64,000 bases of DNA from an uncultured virus (IMG/VR IMGVR_UViG_3300008110_000081) (Duplodnaviria; Heunggongvirae; Uroviricota; Caudoviricetes): the IMG/VR virus record IMGVR_UViG_3300008110_000081, one strand, 5' to 3'. Positions 54,858 through 63,999 of the stretch are shown one piece after another. The first letter of the stretch is position 1. Each line of letters starts with the position of its first letter. The notes beneath the pieces are model-generated. The model saw only the letters and a list, made by a program, of their open reading frames with translations. It ran no database searches and was not told the DNA's origin. Made by a program: the position numbers and the translations under genes.

Positions 54858-57065
54858 TTATCTTATATTTTTAAAAGGATTTCTTGGTGCTTGCATGCGA
54901 CCAGGATTTCCTCTACCTTTTCCAATATGCCGGAAAGGGCTGTTACTTAATTTAAACAAATTTGCTGACTTTTCCAAGTGTTTTCTGTCAGTATTTTCAA
55001 CTCTTTTTTTATAACCCCTATTTGCTTGCTGAACTTTAGCAAAAGCAATCAGTGCTCCTAGTGCTACCAGCCTATCCACGTTTATGTCTGAGTTATAAGC
55101 TTGCATCTCTTTCATGGCCATTGGATCAGGAATACGCTCAATGCCATAATATGTTTTTACAATAGTACCATCATCTTTAGTGTCAACATCTAATTCTTCT
55201 TTGAGAAACTCAATAAGATAACTTAAGATGTGATTCTTAAACAATGTTCCTGTATTCTTCCAACCATATTCTTGAAACACGTTCCGGTTTGAGGACAACT
55301 CTTTCAAGAAAAAGATCTGATCTTTAGGTACAAGATAGCGCTGTTTGTGCTTACTTATCATGTACTGTATAAACAAAGATACGTTATTTTCTATTAAAGT
55401 CCACGAGTTATACCACTCAATTATTAAAGCAAGTCTTTCATGAGTTTTATTGATGTCATCAAAACGTCCGCACCATGCAGCAACAATCTTATCTCTCTCA
55501 ATATAAGTCTCTGTTTTATCAGCATCAATCTTAGTTACTTCTACAGGATTCTTATAAACGTAAATAGAACATAAAGATTCTGAGGTAGTTGTTTTACCTT
55601 CTGACACTGGGTCAATAGAAGCGTAGTAAGTTCCCCACTCTGCATTAGGATCAGGTCTTTCCCACACAACTAATGTTCCTGTTTTGTCTTCAGTGTTTTT
55701 AGTTATTGGGAATTCAGATATAGGAAGCTTGGTTGTTAGATGAGGTTCTATTTTACCTGAGGCATCACGTTCAAGATTTATAAACTCGTAAGCATAATCT
55801 TTTTCTTCAATACGGCGAGTTTGTGCAGCTACTAAGTTTTGCGGGAATAGTGATACACTCCTGTAAGCAAATGCTTCAGCAATATTACGCGGATGCTGAG
55901 ATATACGCAATTGGTATTTTTCTGGTGTAAGATCTTTCTTCCACTTTTCAAATTTAGCATTTAAAGATTCTAAGGCTTCTTCAACAAGTGAGTTACCATA
56001 CTTATCAATATATGGAGGCATTGACCATTGTTCAGGAATAAACAAAGCTGATTCTCCTATAGTGCCTTTATCATCAATTAAGTTACTAGTGACAGGGTAG
56101 ATACTATTCACAACGGGATATATTGTCATTTGCTTCAGTGGCTCACACTGATCTAAATCACCTACTGTTCCTGCTGCAATAAAGATACCTGTTGTAATAT
56201 TACCTGATTGTAATGCTGGAAATAAGTACTCAACAGTCTTGTCCATATGTGGTGCAACACCGGCTTCTTCATAGAAGAAAATACGTACAGCACCACCGAC
56301 ACCTGAGGTATCACTCTTTTCAAAACTCACACCTTGTATTGTACCTTTTAAACCTTTTAATGTTGATCTACCATCTGAACCGGTATCTTCAATTTGTTGT
56401 TGCCACATTAAAACTTTACTAGGATTCATAGGACGGTACCAAGCAGTCTTATCATCTAAGAATGACTTATACTCAGTTAAGAACTTCCATGAACCTTTAT
56501 CATTAATGTAATCTTTTAATGAAGCACCTATCTTAAGGATTGGTGTTTCCTCAAACCAAATCTGATTAATCATTTTGGCCATATGGTAATAGGAGGAACC
56601 AAACTGCCTTTTCTTTAATACGGCCGCGTGCATCCAATGTAATTCTGCCAACAACTCATATAGAGCCATGTGATACTGACTATCCCAGATATCTGGAAAA
56701 TCAAATTTCTTTTTTACTTTATCATTGATTGGTAGGAAATTGACCCACATGTAATACTCACGTGGTAAATACCAAGTGTCATTCTTACCTTTAAAAATAA
56801 CACCGTTACGGCATTTGTTTTTCTGATCATTCCAATAAGCTAAGAAATCTTTACTGCCCTCAGGATAAGGACAAAAATAACGTAGCTTGTTAAATTTTCT
56901 TGCTTGAGTATTAAACTCAAAAGCCGTTTCATCAAAATTGTACTGACCAGGTTCTTTAAATAAAGATAAAACAAAATCTTTAAACTCATCCCGTGTATTA
57001 AACGTGGTTGTGGACCATTCATCATTTTCCCAAGTAGGAACTACTATGTATGGTTTATCATCCAT
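54858..57065 (-). CDS. terL: Terminase large subunit (735 aa)
   Basis: Walker A-like VLKKRQFGSS, Walker B FFYEEAG, coupling motif GTVG, RNase H-like YYASIDPV and C-terminal NVDRLVA. Confidence 0.92.
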   Translation of the reverse strand: MDDKPYIVVPTWENDEWSTTTFNTRDEFKDFVLSLFKEPGQYNFDETAFEFNTQARKFNKLRYFCPYPEGSKDFLAYWNDQKNKCRNGVIFKGKNDTWYLPREYYMWVNFLPINDKVKKKFDFPDIWDSQYHMALYELLAELHWMHAAVLKKRQFGSSYYHMAKMINQIWFEETPILKIGASLKDYINDKGSWKFLTEYKSFLDDKTAWYRPMNPSKVLMWQQQIEDTGSDGRSTLKGLKGTIQGVSFEKSDTSGVGGAVRIFFYEEAGVAPHMDKTVEYLFPALQSGNITTGIFIAAGTVGDLDQCEPLKQMTIYPVVNSIYPVTSNLIDDKGTIGESALFIPEQWSMPPYIDKYGNSLVEEALESLNAKFEKWKKDLTPEKYQLRISQHPRNIAEAFAYRSVSLFPQNLVAAQTRRIEEKDYAYEFINLERDASGKIEPHLTTKLPISEFPITKNTEDKTGTLVVWERPDPNAEWGTYYASIDPVSEGKTTTSESLCSIYVYKNPVEVTKIDADKTETYIERDKIVAAWCGRFDDINKTHERLALIIEWYNSWTLIENNVSLFIQYMISKHKQRYLVPKDQIFFLKELSSNRNVFQEYGWKNTGTLFKNHILSYLIEFLKEELDVDTKDDGTIVKTYYGIERIPDPMAMKEMQAYNSDINVDRLVALGALIAFAKVQQANRGYKKRVENTDRKHLEKSANLFKLSNSPFRHIGKGRGNPGRMQAPRNPFKNIR

Positions 57066-57270
57066 TCTTTAAAAGCTTTTTGATCTTTGCTTCATCTCCA
57101 CCAGTCTTCTGAATAATATCCACTAGTGTATTATGATTTTTTGAAGTTAGCACATTTTGTAATTCTCCATTGAAGTATTTGCTAATATCTTCTCTTTTAA
57201 AAGCGGTCCAGCTTTTAACATAATGGTTGTAGTGAAACAACCAGTCATACAATTCATCTTTATTGGTCAT
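57058..57270 (-). CDS. Small hypothetical protein (70 aa)
   Basis: Overlaps both neighbours in the operon. Confidence 0.65.
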   Translation of the reverse strand: MTNKDELYDWLFHYNHYVKSWTAFKREDISKYFNGELQNVLTSKNHNTLVDIIQKTGGDEAKIKKLLKNG

Positions 57271-57784
57271 AAGCTAATTTTTTATTTCCGCGTGTACGGC
57301 CTTTTAATTCTTCAAGTTCTTGTAAAGCAACCTTTTCAAGTTGTTTAAATTCCATGATTGTTTTACCAACTGATTTTACTTGTGACTGTAAAGCCCCTAT
57401 ATTACCATCTCTCCCTGTAGTAACTTCAGCAGTTCTTACAAAGCTACCTAATCTTTCCATCAAACGCTTATTGTCTAGATAATAACGGTATGTAGGAGTT
57501 ACTGTTAAAGAATCAAGTTTAGTCATAGCAGCTATCATAACCTCATCTTCTAAAGTGTATTCACCAGGAAAGTCTCCCAGTATAATATCTTCTTTAGCAT
57601 CTTCTTCTATATTAGCATATGCACTTTCAGGATCAAATTTATAAAATAAAAAGTTAAATGCTGGAATAGGATTCTCATAAGCATCATGTACAGCTTTAAG
57701 TTCCGGTATTGATAAACAATTATGATTTATAACCACTTGTCCATTCACTATATCAAAAAATTTTAATGTCATGTCTTTCTCCAT
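57260..57784 (-). CDS. Hypothetical protein upstream of terL (174 aa; terminase small subunit candidate)
   Basis: Helical, basic C-terminus, near terL; function inferred from position only. Confidence 0.5.
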   Translation of the reverse strand: MEKDMTLKFFDIVNGQVVINHNCLSIPELKAVHDAYENPIPAFNFLFYKFDPESAYANIEEDAKEDIILGDFPGEYTLEDEVMIAAMTKLDSLTVTPTYRYYLDNKRLMERLGSFVRTAEVTTGRDGNIGALQSQVKSVGKTIMEFKQLEKVALQELEELKGRTRGNKKLAYDQ

Positions 57785-57963
57785 TTAAAGTGAATACCAA
57801 TGCATAAAATGCAGATAGTCATATCTACATAATGATCCATTGGAAATGAGACACCCAAGCACAACCCTGGGTAAATCTGAAAATCTATTTTAATTCTTTT
57901 TTTCTTGTTCATTTTTACATTGTTACAAAATAACTCTCTGTGTTCATAAGGATCATTGCTCAT
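57769..57963 (-). CDS. Small hypothetical protein (64 aa)
   Basis: ATGA overlap with upstream gene. Confidence 0.5.
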   Translation of the reverse strand: MSNDPYEHRELFCNNVKMNKKKRIKIDFQIYPGLCLGVSFPMDHYVDMTICILCIGIHFKWRKT

Positions 57964-58778
57964 TTTTTCTGTTCTTGAATATAGTTTATCATGTTAATAA
58001 TCTCTCTTTTTAAATAAGGTGTTTCATAAGGCACAACTGTTTTTACAACAGGTTCATTATTAGCATCCTTGCGCAGTATGGGATTACCAAATTTGTCTTC
58101 ACCATCCTTTTCAAAAATTACATGGTGTAACATCATCTTACCTGGTTTGTAATTAGGATTATGTTTTAAGATCATGTACATATAAGCACTTAACTGTAAA
58201 GCATAATGATTAAAGTTGCAATCATCTAAATGAGCGCATGGACCCGTCATCTTCTTAGAGATGCCTTCCCAGCTCTTAAAGGATTCTTTTTTAATCTCTT
58301 TATTTGTTTTATAATCAATTATGTCCACAGTATCTTTTACTACTTCAACTCTATCTGACTGACCACATAGACCTACTGATTTCAAATATACAAAATGTTC
58401 TGGATAAATCCCCTCTGTAAGTTTTTGAGACGGTGAATGTTTTACACCATTATCATAAATAGGTTTGATAATAGGTATTGCTACACCTTGTCTCTGAATT
58501 GTATCAATGCTAAGTAAATCTGATTCACGTTGATCATGATAAAATGTACCTGCTGATAAAGCTCTGTCTGTTTCATTTGACCAGTGAGCTTGTATTTCCT
58601 CAGGAGGAATACCATACCACTTAGACTTTTTATTCTTAGAAGATTTGATTGACTGCGCTACCGGATCAAACTTCTGTTTAAACTGTCCAACAAATGTTGT
58701 GACACTCAACCATGTTATACGGTCATTAGGATCTAAGCTCTCATACTTATGATCCTCTGCTTTAAATGTTACTGCCAT
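57960..58778 (-). CDS. PD-(D/E)xK nuclease (272 aa)
   Basis: LSVTT, GTFYH, PE..GLCGQSDRV..IIDYKT, HYALQLSAY. Confidence 0.85.
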   Translation of the reverse strand: MAVTFKAEDHKYESLDPNDRITWLSVTTFVGQFKQKFDPVAQSIKSSKNKKSKWYGIPPEEIQAHWSNETDRALSAGTFYHDQRESDLLSIDTIQRQGVAIPIIKPIYDNGVKHSPSQKLTEGIYPEHFVYLKSVGLCGQSDRVEVVKDTVDIIDYKTNKEIKKESFKSWEGISKKMTGPCAHLDDCNFNHYALQLSAYMYMILKHNPNYKPGKMMLHHVIFEKDGEDKFGNPILRKDANNEPVVKTVVPYETPYLKREIINMINYIQEQKK

Positions 58779-59304
58779 TATGAGTTATTGTTTGATTGGG
58801 TTGATCTTTTAAAACATGATTATAATACCATTTGTGAGAAAGTTCTTCATCTTGATTTGTTGGTTTATACTCTAATTTTTCTTTATCTTCTTCAGTTAAT
58901 TTTATATAAAGACTGTGAAATACATCTCTACCTCTTTCTTCATCAATCTTTTTTAGAGCTGGATCCATAAGTCTTTCCATTCTTATTTCATCTTTTTCTT
59001 CCTCTGTTCTTTTTAAAGCATTAGCAGGCTTAATATGATAAGGAAGCTCTCCTGTTTTATCTAGCTCATCTATAACATTTTTCATGTGTTCTTCTGCAAA
59101 TACATTTATTTGAGCATCTTTAAGAAAAGTAGACGTTTCCTTTTCAACTTTTTCAATACTTGCTCTATTTGGTGGCAAGCCGGTCATCTCACTAATTATT
59201 CTTGCTCCTTTACAAGTTGGACAAGGCCAAGTTGATCTAGGCAATTCTAATACAAAAGGATCATCTCCTGTACCATTACATATTGGACATTTTTGAAAAC
59301 TCAT
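58762..59304 (-). CDS. Protein with N-terminal DnaJ-type zinc finger (180 aa)
   Basis: CPICNGTG..CPTCKGAR. Confidence 0.65.
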   Translation of the reverse strand: MSFQKCPICNGTGDDPFVLELPRSTWPCPTCKGARIISEMTGLPPNRASIEKVEKETSTFLKDAQINVFAEEHMKNVIDELDKTGELPYHIKPANALKRTEEEKDEIRMERLMDPALKKIDEERGRDVFHSLYIKLTEEDKEKLEYKPTNQDEELSHKWYYNHVLKDQPNQTITHNGSNI

Positions 59305-59306
59305 GA

Positions 59307-59654
59307 TTAATCTTTTTTAGTTGGTGAATAAGGATCATACTTTATTGAATCATAGATTCTGTCTTGTTCTTCTTCTGATAATACAGCTCTCCACTTGGGC
59401 CCATTAGGATGTGCACATTCTGCAGCAAGTGATCTTACTTTAAATGCTAAGCAACATCCACAAGCTGAACAACAAGGCGCTGTTCCTGGTACCATACAGC
59501 TATCACCTTTATTATCAAAAAGGCCGCAGTCTTCACAGATAGCCAATCTTCTTGTAGCTTCTTCTTCAATCATTTTCTTGTATATCATTCTGTTCCAAAA
59601 GCCCTCCCATATCTGAGCTCTGTTCTCCCATATCTTTTTGAGTTTTTTCCACAT
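59307..59654 (-). CDS. Cys-rich metal-binding protein, DUF6171-like (115 aa)
   Basis: RLAICEDC..CCSACGCCLAFKVR..ECAHP..KW. Confidence 0.6.
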   Translation of the reverse strand: MWKKLKKIWENRAQIWEGFWNRMIYKKMIEEEATRRLAICEDCGLFDNKGDSCMVPGTAPCCSACGCCLAFKVRSLAAECAHPNGPKWRAVLSEEEQDRIYDSIKYDPYSPTKKD

Positions 59655-60039
59655 AGCGTTTATGTTTTATTTGTTTTTGTTTTTCACTTTCTTGATTTAT
59701 TTTTACTTGTAGTTCATTGAGTATGTTTAATCTTTGCTCTGTCTCTTTGAGTATTGTAAATTTCTGAAAAGACGCAGTCTCTGGGTCATCTGTAAGAGTT
59801 TTATATTTGTTGTGAATTCTCTCATACTTGGCTATTGTGTCAGGTAATCTCCAGGGTTTAGCTTTAAATGTACCAAGACCTTCTAGTATAATATTAGGAC
59901 TAAGACCTTTAAGCATGGCTTGCTTCACATCTTTCCAGTAGTATTCTATAAGCTCTGCTACAAATTTCTCAGTTATGTTAAGCTCATTAGCAACGGGAGC
60001 ATATAAATCTTTAGGCTTCTTGGGGTTCAACGTACACAA
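59566..60039 (-). CDS. HU/IHF-like DNA-binding protein (about 157 aa)
   Basis: DLYAPVANELNITEKFVAELIEYYW..NIILEGLGTFKAK fits the HU fold. Confidence 0.65.
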   Translation of the reverse strand: MCTLNPKKPKDLYAPVANELNITEKFVAELIEYYWKDVKQAMLKGLSPNIILEGLGTFKAKPWRLPDTIAKYERIHNKYKTLTDDPETASFQKFTILKETEQRLNILNELQVKINQESEKQKQIKHKRYVEKTQKDMGEQSSDMGGLLEQNDIQEND

Positions 60040-60433
60040 TTTTATAGTTTAACAATACAGAACCATTTATCTGAATCTTTAAATCTGGATTAAGACTTAT
60101 CTTCTTACGTCCTTTACCAGCTTTTACAAGAAGCTTATCTTTCTCAACTTTAATAAGGACATTCCTTATTGTTTGTGGAGAAGGGTCTGGTTTTCTCTCA
60201 TTAGGTCTAGAAGGCTTCCAAGTCTTTAATTTTTCTTCAAGTCTCTTCTCTGCCATTATTGAACAAAATTCTGTGAGTTCTGATTCACCCATTTTACCAA
60301 GACTTATTAAGCAATCAAGATCAAGCTCACTCAAGGCTATATGGTTAATATAGCAGTGAGTGATCAATTGATATCTAATTATGTCATCCAAATCCATTCT
60401 GACTTGTTTGTTGACAACGTTTACTTTTGCCAT
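60011..60433 (-). CDS. Putative winged-helix DNA-binding protein (140 aa)
   Basis: LSELDLDCLISL..SPQTIRNVLIKVEKDKLLVK..KKISLNP. Confidence 0.55.
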   Translation of the reverse strand: MAKVNVVNKQVRMDLDDIIRYQLITHCYINHIALSELDLDCLISLGKMGESELTEFCSIMAEKRLEEKLKTWKPSRPNERKPDPSPQTIRNVLIKVEKDKLLVKAGKGRKKISLNPDLKIQINGSVLLNYKIVYVEPQEA

Positions 60434-60450
60434 GTTGGTATACTGACAGT

Positions 60451-60741
60451 TTAAACTTTAAGCTTACGCTCTTTCTTTTCAGTTTTGTCCACATCTAAAT
60501 CTGAACCATCCTCAGATTCTTCTGGTGGAGGTGTCATCATTTGAGCAATTCTGATATTCATACTAATTCTACGAGCTCTTGCTTCTTCAATATCAGCTAG
60601 GTATTTCTCATACTCAGCTTGAATTTTTACTAAAGGTAGTTGCTCCTTGTAATACGCCTGCATGTTAGTGCGCATTTGTTTGATTTCTTCTGGGGTAGGC
60701 TCACGCAGGTCTTGCGGATCCATGTTGGTTGTTTCTGACAT
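60451..60741 (-). CDS. Small coiled-coil protein (96 aa; true start may be 60723)
   Basis: ORF in operon; the leader motif GTCAG..ACCAAC directly precedes the second ATG. Confidence 0.65.
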   Translation of the reverse strand: MSETTNMDPQDLREPTPEEIKQMRTNMQAYYKEQLPLVKIQAEYEKYLADIEEARARRISMNIRIAQMMTPPPEESEDGSDLDVDKTEKKERKLKV

Positions 60742-60803
60742 AATAAACTTTTTAAATATTAAACTTATACAAATATAATATAAAAAGTTTAAACTTACAA
60801 AAT

Positions 60804-61352
60804 TTATTTCAGGAAGGGTAAATAGGCTTTAAGGTAACTTTTACCTAATTTGATTAAGATCCACAGAGCTAATATACCTGCAGTAATCCAAAACCACCAC
60901 CAGGTAAATCCATCAAACTTTGTTCTATGCTCAAGTTCACAAGGCTTTTGTACTGTATTCTCAGTATGACTTTTCTCTATATCTATGATATGATGTTCAA
61001 GATATTGGATCTTTGCTTTTAAGGAGTCTGTTTCACACTCTACTACTAGTACATTTCCTACTGACTTAATAGTGCTTTTTAAGCCATTTTTTTTACCAGT
61101 CTTAATAAAAGGTTTAAGATTACCCAATGAATCACATAATAACTTGCATGGATTTTCTAAATAAATTGGTGTGTTTACAATAGTGGGAATATATATAGTA
61201 GTATCCTTAAGGACTATAGAGTCTTTCTTGATATAGACTATGCTATCTTTTCTCTCACAGTACTTAGCTAAGAAGTTGTTCTTCTGCTTTTTAGTAAGCA
61301 CACAACTACTAAACATTGTTAGGATTAGTAGTAATTTACTCAGGTTTTTCAT
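60804..61352 (-). CDS. Unimolecular spanin-like lipoprotein (182 aa)
   Basis: Signal peptide with lipobox (MKNLSKLLLILTMFSS-C) plus C-terminal TM helix (FTWWWFWITAGILALWILI); next to holin-like genes. Confidence 0.65.
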   Translation of the reverse strand: MKNLSKLLLILTMFSSCVLTKKQKNNFLAKYCERKDSIVYIKKDSIVLKDTTIYIPTIVNTPIYLENPCKLLCDSLGNLKPFIKTGKKNGLKSTIKSVGNVLVVECETDSLKAKIQYLEHHIIDIEKSHTENTVQKPCELEHRTKFDGFTWWWFWITAGILALWILIKLGKSYLKAYLPFLK

Positions 61353-61566
61353 CTGTGAAAAAGTTAGTTAAGAATTTACCAGCTATACCTACTACCAAAG
61401 CTGCTCCTATAAACATCTTCAGTTCTTTAGGAGTGTAGATATCTTTTAACTGATCATAGGCTAGGATACCACCACCACCTATTAGGCCGGCACATGCTAA
61501 TAAAGCATCACCTAGTTTTCTCCATTTCTTAGGAGTGGGCTTGTAGTAATTTTTTAAGGTCTTCAT
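61336..61566 (-). CDS. Holin-like membrane protein (76 aa, 2 TM)
   Basis: Basic N-terminus, two hydrophobic helices, lysis-cassette context. Confidence 0.55.
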   Translation of the reverse strand: MKTLKNYYKPTPKKWRKLGDALLACAGLIGGGGILAYDQLKDIYTPKELKMFIGAALVVGIAGKFLTNFFTDEKPE

Positions 61567-61985
61567 ATTTCTTTTTTAGCTTTTAAGTATCCTGTTAATT
61601 CAGCCAGGGAAGTGCTCATATCTCTCTGCATTGTTTCTACAGTGTCTAGCTTTAACCAAAGCTTTTCATGAGCATCTTGTTGTTCTTTTTTTAACTCACT
61701 AATTCTAGTGTAGATCTGAGATTCTTTTTTCTCAACATCATCTTTGTTTTTCTGCATTGCATCCATAATATATTGAATATTAGCTTTTTTAGAGTTCTTA
61801 CCATGTACAAACTTCTCATTTGTAGAAGCCTTAAAGTCTTCAAGATCTTTTTTTATTGTTGCTGCATTTTCAGTTGCTTTATCAGCATTCCTTTTAAGAG
61901 CATATAGAAAGCCCAAGATACTTATAACAGCAACTATAATTGCTGCTACATCTTTGGCTCCAAAGGTTATTTCAGTTGCATCCAT
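61563..61985 (-). CDS. Single-TM coiled-coil protein (140 aa), lysis-associated
   Basis: VAAIIVAVISILGFLYAL followed by a long coiled-coil. Confidence 0.55.
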   Translation of the reverse strand: MDATEITFGAKDVAAIIVAVISILGFLYALKRNADKATENAATIKKDLEDFKASTNEKFVHGKNSKKANIQYIMDAMQKNKDDVEKKESQIYTRISELKKEQQDAHEKLWLKLDTVETMQRDMSTSLAELTGYLKAKKEI

Positions 61986-62020
61986 ATAATAATATACTAA
62001 AAAATTACTACTACACCAAA

Positions 62021-62281
62021 TTAATTTTCATCTACTGGTACTAAAGGGCTCTCTTTAGGGACATACAATATTAAGTCTAGATCTTTAACCCACATATAGT
62101 TTGGGTTGACACAATATTCCATCTCCTCAATAGAGATAACCCAATTATCAGCGTTATCTTGGATAGGATTAAAATAAGAATCTGGAGCATACATTTGCCC
62201 TACTAATTCATCCTTTTGTTCTACTGTTAGAAGTCCTACATAAGTAGTATATTCTGCTCTTGTTATATCTGTTAGTTTCAT
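62021..62281 (-). CDS. Small acidic hypothetical protein (86 aa)
   Basis: Follows the fibre-like gene; possible chaperone (inference). Confidence 0.6.
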   Translation of the reverse strand: MKLTDITRAEYTTYVGLLTVEQKDELVGQMYAPDSYFNPIQDNADNWVISIEEMEYCVNPNYMWVKDLDLILYVPKESPLVPVDEN

Positions 62282-62293
62282 AATTTATATTTT

Positions 62294-63883
62294 TTAAACA
62301 TTTCTAGCTAAGGTTACTTGGAAGGCATTAACTGCATTGTATAGTGCTAAGGCTTCTGCATCTGTTAATCCATCTCCTATTGATGCAAAAGCACATTGTT
62401 TATTTGAATAATTAGCTGTAGTACCCAACATATTTCCAGCACCTAAATACATATTAACATTAACATAGGCTGCTGTATCACTTACAACTGAGGTTGTTTC
62501 TGAAATTCCATTTTTATAAACTTCTCTATCAGTATTACTTCTTTTACTACCTACCCAAAAACCTTGAGCATTAAGTGTTGATGTAAAAGGTACTATTACA
62601 GTGGTGCTTCCTGCTATAAAATTAGCAGCAGCTCTTAAATGAAGATAACTTGCACCTCCATTACTAACACCAATTTCTATAGTTGCACCAACTGGAGTTG
62701 CAGTTCTTGAATAGTAACTTAAATGAGTTGATGTTGCTGTTAATTGGGTTGATGGATTTAAAAAAGTATTTGCAAAAGCATTTGTACCATTTGGTAAATA
62801 TCCATTTGCACTAAACGTACCACCACCACTAAACACTAATCTAAATGCTTCATTAGTATCTTGTGCATTAACTAAATTAAACTTACAAGTAGTAGCAGTT
62901 CCACCAACCATAGGGTAGATAGCTTTCATCTTAGTAAAGATATTAGCAGTCTTTAAATCACTAACTAAAGTATTAGTAGCAGTTTGAATAGTAGTATCTG
63001 TTATCTGTGTACTAAATAAGAAAGCATTAGTTTCATTGTTGTATGCAGGATTGTAATAAAAAGATTGAGCAGGATATATACTTCTACTTAAAGCTACTTG
63101 GTATTTTTCTGTAATTTGATAAAGCAATAAAGATTCATTTTGTGTTAGAAAATCACTACAAAAAGCAAATGCAATATTCCCTGTTGAATAACTACCTATT
63201 GTGCCATTACTATTAGTTGCACCTAAAACAATATCTGTTGTTGCATAAGTAGCTACTGCTGTTGTTGCACTTGATACAAATGTTCTATTTCTATTCATTA
63301 TGTAAGTATCTGCTGCACCTACTCTTGAATTTACAATAAAACCATCCATAGATAGCGTAGCAGTAACAGTTGTATTTGTAGAAGCCTTATTTGCACCCCT
63401 AACAAAAGTAGTATTTACCAAAATATCCATATTTGTTGAACCCATAGGTCTTGCCCCACCGACTGTTAAGGCTTGGTTTATATAAATACCAATAGCTGCA
63501 TAACCACTACCAAAAACAGTATTTGGTATTAAGAATGTACTTGCATAAGCATTTGTACCATTTGGTAAAGCACCATTGGAACTATGTGTCCATCCACCGT
63601 TAAAAGCTAATCTAAATGCAGCATTGGTATCTAAAGGATTTTTAAGGTTGAATTTATGAGAGGTTGCAGTTCCACCTACCATTGGATAAATAGCTTTAAA
63701 TTTAGTCCAAATATTAGCTGCTTTGCTATCTACTACCCATTGATTAACTGCATCTTTTTGAGTAGTAGTAAGAGTTACTCCTGCTGCACTTTCAGCATTA
63801 AAGAATAGTTGAGCATCTGGGTCATAAGTTGGTCCAGTTACTGTAGTCTGAAGACCAGCTCCCATTAGTAGTATAGATCCCAT
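62294..63883 (-). CDS. Putative receptor-binding/fibre protein made of two tandem lectin-like beta domains (529 aa)
   Basis: Internal duplication: ANIWTKFKAIYPMVGGTAT..FNLKN..FRL versus ANIFTKMKAIYPMVGGTAT..FNLVN..FRL; Thr/Ala/Ser/Gly-rich. Confidence 0.6.
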   Translation of the reverse strand: MGSILLMGAGLQTTVTGPTYDPDAQLFFNAESAAGVTLTTTQKDAVNQWVVDSKAANIWTKFKAIYPMVGGTATSHKFNLKNPLDTNAAFRLAFNGGWTHSSNGALPNGTNAYASTFLIPNTVFGSGYAAIGIYINQALTVGGARPMGSTNMDILVNTTFVRGANKASTNTTVTATLSMDGFIVNSRVGAADTYIMNRNRTFVSSATTAVATYATTDIVLGATNSNGTIGSYSTGNIAFAFCSDFLTQNESLLLYQITEKYQVALSRSIYPAQSFYYNPAYNNETNAFLFSTQITDTTIQTATNTLVSDLKTANIFTKMKAIYPMVGGTATTCKFNLVNAQDTNEAFRLVFSGGGTFSANGYLPNGTNAFANTFLNPSTQLTATSTHLSYYSRTATPVGATIEIGVSNGGASYLHLRAAANFIAGSTTVIVPFTSTLNAQGFWVGSKRSNTDREVYKNGISETTSVVSDTAAYVNVNMYLGAGNMLGTTANYSNKQCAFASIGDGLTDAEALALYNAVNAFQVTLARNV

Positions 63884-63885
63884 AA

Positions 63886-63999
63886 TTATGCAGCTTTATA
63901 ACCAGAAGCAGATACATAAACATTTGCAGCTATACTACAAATAGCTTGTAATTTTGTATTAGCTGAAGGCATTTTTATTGGAGTAGGTAGACTTACTGA
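63886..63999 (-). CDS. C-terminal fragment of an upstream gene (partial)
   Basis: Open frame SVSLPTPIKMPSANTKLQAICSIAANVYVSASGYKAA-stop, ending 2 nt before the next ATG. Confidence 0.6.
   Translation of the reverse strand, partial: SVSLPTPIKMPSANTKLQAICSIAANVYVSASGYKAA

Noticed and set aside
49031..57065. Introns or inteins in terL, portal or MCP
   Set aside because: ORFs are continuous and of plausible size, with no splicing or homing-endonuclease motifs seen.
57960..58778. Cas4/CRISPR system
   Set aside because: No repeat-spacer array or other cas genes seen; stand-alone PD-(D/E)xK nucleases are common in these phages.
1551..59616. All plus-strand ORFs in the track
   Set aside because: Short, antisense to well-supported minus-strand genes, with no recognisable motifs.
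62294..63883. Diversity-generating retroelement template/variable repeat pair
   Set aside because: Both copies are in-frame parts of one gene, differences are not confined to adenines, and no reverse transcriptase is present in the window.
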